DNA of 41,612 nt from Buttiauxella sp. GTDB taxonomy: Bacteria > Pseudomonadota > Gammaproteobacteria > Enterobacterales > Enterobacteriaceae. Below are positions 36,668 through 41,612 of this stretch, in pieces. Made by a program: the position numbers and the translations under genes. The notes below the pieces were generated by a model, which was not told the DNA's origin, did no database searches, and saw nothing but the letters and a program-made list of their open reading frames with translations. Every line of letters starts with the position of its first letter. Within the stretch, counting starts at the first letter, position 1. The DNA lies in the NCBI GenBank assembly GCA_031993245.1, contig DALYUA010000001.1:1-41612 (forward strand). Direction: 5' to 3'.

Positions 36668-37892
36668 GGTTATTCCGGTTTGGTTTTACGGCGTTAAGCA
36701 CGGTTTCGACGCCGGCAACGTAATGTTCTATCGCATAATTATCAATTACGCACTGGTGGGCTTGTTGAATAAGGGCATCACGTAGCGTGCTATCCTGCCA
36801 TACCGTCTGCAGATGTGATGCCAGCGCCGGAACATCGCCGTAAGGATAAAGCAGACCAGTGCGGCCAGAATCGATCAGCTCCCCCGTTCCGGTAACGTTT
36901 GAACCGATAACAACGGTCCTGAGCAACATAGATTCAAGCACTACCCGGGGCAAGCCTTCGCTTTTTGAAGCCAGAATAAAGGCGTCAAAGGCGGCGAGAT
37001 AATCGAGTGGATTATTGCGAAAGCCGGTGAAAACAACGCGATCGGCAAAGCCATAATCGCTTGCCTGCTGCTGCAACTTGTCTTTGTCCGGACCTTCGCC
37101 AACCAGCAAAAATTTCCATTTAGCTTCAGGATGCTGCTGCGCAAAGCGGTATAAAGCCTCAAGCGTATGCTGGCAGGATTTGCGAGGAATAAGGGACCCA
37201 ATGCTGCCGAACACAAAGGTGTTCTCATCCAGACCTAATGCTTCACGCATTGCTTTTCCATCCGGCAAAGGCTGGTGGATATCAATGGCGTTGGAAACGG
37301 TAGTACATAGCGATTTATTTACGCCATGCTGAACCAGAACACGCTCAACGCCATGGGAAACGGCGATCACCGCCTGCGCCACCCGATTGACCGTTTGCGT
37401 AATTTGCTCTGTCATAACAGGTTCAATACGGCAATGCTGCACGACGGCAACGTCCAGATCGGCTGCCGCAAGATAGCCTTCCATGTTGGAGCCCGGCTGG
37501 TTGTTCATATAGAGGATTTCGTAGCCGTCATGTTGCAACAGGTCGCGTATGCGCTTTGCGTTGGGGTTGATGCGCCATTGTCTATCAATGACCTCAGCGG
37601 CTTTCTTACGCATTGAACGGCTGAAGAATACAAATGCGCGGGCCGTTTCCTTGCTGATTTTTGCCCACAGCGGTTGCCCGGCCTGTGGCAGAAAAATCAC
37701 CGGGATCCCGATGCCGTTAAGCACCTGCTCAATGGTTTCACCTTCTCCACGCGCGTAGTTGTAGTAAAAACAGCAGGTGATATCAAACCGTTGGCGGTCA
37801 ATACGCTTGAGAAGCTCCAGCATGCTGTTGGTGCCGCCTCCCCACTCTTTACCGTTATCCAGCAGGAGAATTTTACGCCGTTGTTGCGTCAT
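36660..37892 (-). CDS. GT4 glycosyltransferase, uncharacterised
   Basis: 410 aa; N-terminal WGGG, VGEGPDK, FTGFR, SEGLPRVVLES (E-x7-E). Confidence 0.88.
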   Translation of the reverse strand: MTQQRRKILLLDNGKEWGGGTNSMLELLKRIDRQRFDITCCFYYNYARGEGETIEQVLNGIGIPVIFLPQAGQPLWAKISKETARAFVFFSRSMRKKAAEVIDRQWRINPNAKRIRDLLQHDGYEILYMNNQPGSNMEGYLAAADLDVAVVQHCRIEPVMTEQITQTVNRVAQAVIAVSHGVERVLVQHGVNKSLCTTVSNAIDIHQPLPDGKAMREALGLDENTFVFGSIGSLIPRKSCQHTLEALYRFAQQHPEAKWKFLLVGEGPDKDKLQQQASDYGFADRVVFTGFRNNPLDYLAAFDAFILASKSEGLPRVVLESMLLRTVVIGSNVTGTGELIDSGRTGLLYPYGDVPALASHLQTVWQDSTLRDALIQQAHQCVIDNYAIEHYVAGVETVLNAVKPNRNNHV

Positions 37893-37927
37893 TGAAGCCC
37901 GGGTCCCTGTTGTGTTAATCAGCCGGC

Positions 37928-37933
37928 ATTATA
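37928..37933 (-). promoter_or_regulatory. Putative -10 (TATAAT) for the GT4/GT8-like pair
   Basis: attata on +, about 35 nt upstream of the GT4 ATG; poor -35. Confidence 0.4.
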
Positions 37934-37983
37934 AGTGTTCAGCACGCAGGTTTATACGCCGTGTATTAGCGGCCCGCGAAATT

Positions 37984-38940
37984 TCAGGCCTGAGGCTTGT
38001 TCATGCCCCAGCCCTGCCACTGATGCTGCATATATTTCACCAGCGTACTCTGGCTGATGCTGTCACTGAGCACCGTGAAGTAGGTCGTCGCGTAGACAGG
38101 CTCCAACGGTTTTTTAGGTTTGCAAAGCTTCACGCCGCTGAAGGGATTATGCGGTTGTTCTGCTGGCTTGCCTGGTTTGCCCGGAATCACATTGTTCGGT
38201 GTAGATGTATCCACCTGCGGTTCATTTAACAGGCTGCTCGGGCGTACCAGAGTGATATCCGGCGGCAGGTTATAAACCATCTGCTGTAACACGCGCACCG
38301 TTGTTGGATGCGGATGGCCGATGGCAATAGCCGATCCATTACGGCGTGCGAGCGCAACGGCACGGTTAAACTGGAAACGGATATCGGCTTCGTTCTGCGT
38401 ATCGTCAAGGAAAACCTTACGCTTGATGACTTTAACTTTTGTTCCTGCTGCGGCACGCATCGACTGGCTGTTGCCGATAGTCATGCTGTCGAGAAAATAG
38501 AGATTGTATTGATCCAGCGCCTGCATCACTTTTTGCATGCCGAACAGGCTGGAGGTCATGGCGCTGCCCATATGGTTATTCAAACCCACGGCGTAGGGCA
38601 CTTTGTTGACGGCCTCGCGGATAATGCGCTCGATCTCACTGCTGCTCATTTCCGGGCGCAGGGTATCTTTTTCCAGCGGCTGTTTGCTAAGCGGTGCCAT
38701 CGGTAAGTGAATGAGAACTTCATGTCCCGAATTATGGGCTTTAGTTGCCATTTCATGGGCATGCGGAGCGTTAGGCAACACGGCTACGGAAACATCAGAA
38801 GGCAGCGCGAGCACCTGGTTTTCCTGATGGGGACGATAACCAAAGTCATCTATCACAATCGCCAGTTTGCCAGCATATACGGAAGGGATCAGCGCCAGCG
38901 CGCAGGCGAGAGAGAAAACAACGTGACGAAATTGAAGCAA
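37984..38940 (-). CDS. yibQ: Divergent polysaccharide deacetylase YibQ
   Basis: Signal peptide, AIVIDDFG, IHLPMAP, NNHMGS, AIGHPHP; follows envC. Confidence 0.93.
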   Translation of the reverse strand: MLQFRHVVFSLACALALIPSVYAGKLAIVIDDFGYRPHQENQVLALPSDVSVAVLPNAPHAHEMATKAHNSGHEVLIHLPMAPLSKQPLEKDTLRPEMSSSEIERIIREAVNKVPYAVGLNNHMGSAMTSSLFGMQKVMQALDQYNLYFLDSMTIGNSQSMRAAAGTKVKVIKRKVFLDDTQNEADIRFQFNRAVALARRNGSAIAIGHPHPTTVRVLQQMVYNLPPDITLVRPSSLLNEPQVDTSTPNNVIPGKPGKPAEQPHNPFSGVKLCKPKKPLEPVYATTYFTVLSDSISQSTLVKYMQHQWQGWGMNKPQA

Positions 38941-38943
38941 AAC

Positions 38944-40227
38944 TTATCTTCCCAACCACGGCTGTGGATTGACTGCCTGGCCCTGGCGACGAATTTCGAA
39001 ATAGAGTGACGGACGGCCCTGACCACCACTGTTACCCACCAGCGCGATGGGCTGGCCGGCGCGCACTTGAGTGCCGACGCTGACCAGTGCGCTCTGGTTA
39101 TAGCCATACAAACTCATATCGCCTTTACCGTGTTCCACCACTACAACCAGCCCGTAACCCTGGAGCCAGTCGGCGAGTATCACACGTCCGTCAGCAATGG
39201 CTTTGACCTCTGTCCCTTCACCCGCTGCGATAACGATACCTTTCCAACGTAGTTCACCCTGGAGCTGTTCGCCATAACGATGCAGCAGAGATCCCCGCAC
39301 CGGCCAGAATGCCTGGCCCCGTGGAGAGCCAAGGCCGCCGGTACGTGACATCAGCGAGCGTTCATCCTGCGTTGGCTTGTAGGTGCTGCCTTTACTTGCG
39401 GCTTCTTTTTGACGGTTGCGGACCTTTTCTGCTTCCCGCGCTTCTTTTTCGGCGCGAGCTTTGGCTGCCGCAGCGGCACGGGCAATTTGATTCTGCAGGC
39501 GGGATTCGTTCTGACGCATCTCGTTCAGCTTCTGCTGATCCTGCTGGATTGCAGATTCAAGGCTGGCGAGGGTTTTTTTGCGCTCGTTACGGGCGTCTTC
39601 CAGCCTGGCCTGCTGGGCTTGCTGTTCGTAAAGCAGCGTTTGCTGTTCCGTTTGCTTAGCTTCCAGGGTCGCTTTTTGTTCGTCGACTTCCGCTTTGGTT
39701 TGCTTAAGCTCTGCTATCGTCTGCTGGCGAGCCGCATTCAGATAACCAAAATAGGCTTGCAGGCGCTGTCCGCGCTGGCTCTCTTCACCGCTCAGAATTA
39801 ACTGAATACCCGTATGCTGGCCCTGGCGGAATGCGGCATCAAGCTGGGCTGCCAGGTTACGCTCCTGGGTAGCCTGCTGTTTTTGCAGCTTCACGAGGGA
39901 AGCATTCATGGTTTCAATCTGGCTGTTAAGCGTAGCGAGGGTGTTTTGAGTATCGCGTAATTTACGGCTTGCCGCAGCGATTGCCTGTTCCTGCGCCTTT
40001 AACTGCGCGAGGAGCGTCGAGCGTTGCTGCTGTTGCTGGCGTACCGCCCGCTCTTTCGCGGCGATATCCTGCTGGATAGCTTTCAGGCGGGCGCTGTCGT
40101 CCGCATGGCTTGAAAACGGACATAGCAATACGCCAGCGCTAAGTACGCTGGCGTAGACCACGGGCCTGACAGAAAACCGCTTCGGCTTCATGGCCCATGT
40201 TATTGAAAAAATCGCCTTTCCCCACAT
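38944..40227 (-). CDS. envC: Murein hydrolase activator EnvC
   Basis: Signal/anchor, long Gln-rich coiled coil, degenerate LytM domain (WKGIVI, LYGYN, LYFEIRR). Confidence 0.96.
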   Translation of the reverse strand: MWGKAIFSITWAMKPKRFSVRPVVYASVLSAGVLLCPFSSHADDSARLKAIQQDIAAKERAVRQQQQQRSTLLAQLKAQEQAIAAASRKLRDTQNTLATLNSQIETMNASLVKLQKQQATQERNLAAQLDAAFRQGQHTGIQLILSGEESQRGQRLQAYFGYLNAARQQTIAELKQTKAEVDEQKATLEAKQTEQQTLLYEQQAQQARLEDARNERKKTLASLESAIQQDQQKLNEMRQNESRLQNQIARAAAAAKARAEKEAREAEKVRNRQKEAASKGSTYKPTQDERSLMSRTGGLGSPRGQAFWPVRGSLLHRYGEQLQGELRWKGIVIAAGEGTEVKAIADGRVILADWLQGYGLVVVVEHGKGDMSLYGYNQSALVSVGTQVRAGQPIALVGNSGGQGRPSLYFEIRRQGQAVNPQPWLGR

Positions 40228-40236
40228 GGGGAGGGA

Positions 40237-41612
40237 TTATTCCACGATGAACAGCGGCTTGCCAGTCATCTCTTGCGGGATTTCCATGTCCATCAGGCTC
40301 AGCATGGTCGGTGCTATATCAGAAAGCTTGCCGCCTTCCACCGCTTTTACGCGGCGATCGCCGATGTAAATCAGCGGTACCGGCAGGCTGGTGTGCGCGG
40401 TGTGCGCCTGGCCTGTTGCCGGGTCGCGCATCTGCTCTGCGTTACCGTGGTCTGCGGTGATCAGCAGCTGGCCGCCTGCCTTTTCTACAGCGGAAACCAC
40501 TTGTGCAATACAGTTATCCAACGCTTCAACAGCAGAAATCGCTGCTTCGTAAACGCCGGTATGACCGACCATATCACCGTTAGGATAGTTACAGATGATG
40601 GTGTCGTACTTACCGCTGCTGATGGCGGCCAGTAATTTTTCAGTCAATTCTGCAGAACTCATTTCCGGCTGCAGATCGTAAGTCGCCACTTTTGGCGAAT
40701 TAATCAGCACGCGATCTTCGCCAGCAAAGGGTTCTTCAACGCCACCGTTATAGAAGAAGGTAACGTGAGCGTATTTTTCAGTTTCGGAAATGCGTAGCTG
40801 GGTTTTGTTATGCTTCGCCATCCATTCACCAAACGTGTTGCTCAGGGATGCTGGCGGATATGCACAGGCGGTTTTGATATCGGCTGCGTATTCGGTCAGC
40901 ATCACGAAATCACCGAAGTTAACGACTTTTTTACGAACGAAGCCGTCAAAATCGGCGTTTACAAACGCACGGGTTATCTGGCGGGCACGGTCAGCACGGA
41001 AGTTCATGAAGATCAGCGCGTCGCCGTCATTCATTACAGCTTCTGCTTCGCCTTCGGCACGAATTACCGTTGGCTTTACAAATTCATCGTTTTCATCGCG
41101 AGCGTAAGCGTCTGCAAGTCCTGCGGCTGCGGTAGCTGCCTGATATTCGCCTTTAGCCTGGGTCATCAGATCATAAGCCAGCTCTACGCGGTCCCAACGG
41201 TTATCGCGATCCATGGCAAAGTAGCGGCCAATGATTGAGGCAACGCGGCCTTTGCCAACGGCTGCAAACTTATCGGCAAACTTTTTCAGAGAGGATTCTG
41301 CGCTGCGTGGCGGGGTATCGCGACCGTCCAGGAATGCGTGCAGATAGATAGCCTGCGCGCCGCGTTCTGCGGCCAGTTCGATCATCGCCAGAATATGTTC
41401 TTCATGGCTGTGAACGCCGCCTGCGGAAGCGAGGCCCATAATATGAACAGCTTTACCAGCCGCGACGGCTTTATCTACAGCCGCAGTCAGTACCGGGTTT
41501 GCAAAGAAAGTACGTTCTTTAATTTCAACATCCAGACGGGTCAGATCCTGATAAACAATTCGGCCAGCGCCGAGGTTTACGTGACCCACTTCGGAGTTAC
41601 CCATCTGCCCGT
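40237..41612 (-). CDS. gpmI: 2,3-BPG-independent phosphoglycerate mutase, 5' end outside the window
   Basis: [10 protein letters not shown] catalytic Ser motif, [23 protein letters not shown]. Confidence 0.97.
   Translation of the reverse strand, partial: GQMGNSEVGHVNLGAGRIVYQDLTRLDVEIKERTFFANPVLTAAVDKAVAAGKAVHIMGLASAGGVHSHEEHILAMIELAAERGAQAIYLHAFLDGRDTPPRSAESSLKKFADKFAAVGKGRVASIIGRYFAMDRDNRWDRVELAYDLMTQAKGEYQAATAAAGLADAYARDENDEFVKPTVIRAEGEAEAVMNDGDALIFMNFRADRARQITRAFVNADFDGFVRKKVVNFGDFVMLTEYAADIKTACAYPPASLSNTFGEWMAKHNKTQLRISETEKYAHVTFFYNGGVEEPFAGEDRVLINSPKVATYDLQPEMSSAELTEKLLAAISSGKYDTIICNYPNGDMVGHTGVYEAAISAVEALDNCIAQVVSAVEKAGGQLLITADHGNAEQMRDPATGQAHTAHTSLPVPLIYIGDRRVKAVEGGKLSDIAPTMLSLMDMEIPQEMTGKPLFIVE

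Noticed and set aside
39400..40080. Repetitive ctg/tgc-rich sequence
   Set aside because: Explained by the Gln/Ala-rich coiled coil of EnvC; not a repeat array or CRISPR.

Overview
This is a core chromosomal segment of an Enterobacteriaceae genome with a Klebsiella/Enterobacter/Serratia-type LPS core locus; the genus cannot be assigned from the window. Gene order from left to right: yicH (partial), xanP, recG, trmH, spoT, rpoZ, gmk, ligB, yicG, a 129-aa orphan, yicC, rph, pyrE, slmA, dut, coaBC, yicR/radC, rpmB, rpmG, mutM, coaD, the waa LPS core cluster, kbl, tdh, two extra glycosyltransferases, yibQ, envC and gpmI (partial). The waa cluster comprises waaE, waaA, wabO-like, wabH, wabG, waaQ, wabN, waaL, a GT2, a GT9, waaC, waaF and hldD. 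I see no integrase, transposase, prophage gene, CRISPR array, tRNA or rRNA, and no clearly new multi-gene system. The best leads are an uncharacterised Myb/SANT-like HTH orphan in the dinD slot beside yicC, a coupled GT4 + GT8-like pair in the waaH slot, an AT-rich waaL-GT2(-GT9) cassette, a signal-peptide-like N-terminus on LigB, a CRP-S site at yicR, and a Gln-to-Arg change at a conserved XanP position. Gene identities come from recognising protein sequences and synteny, not from database searches.
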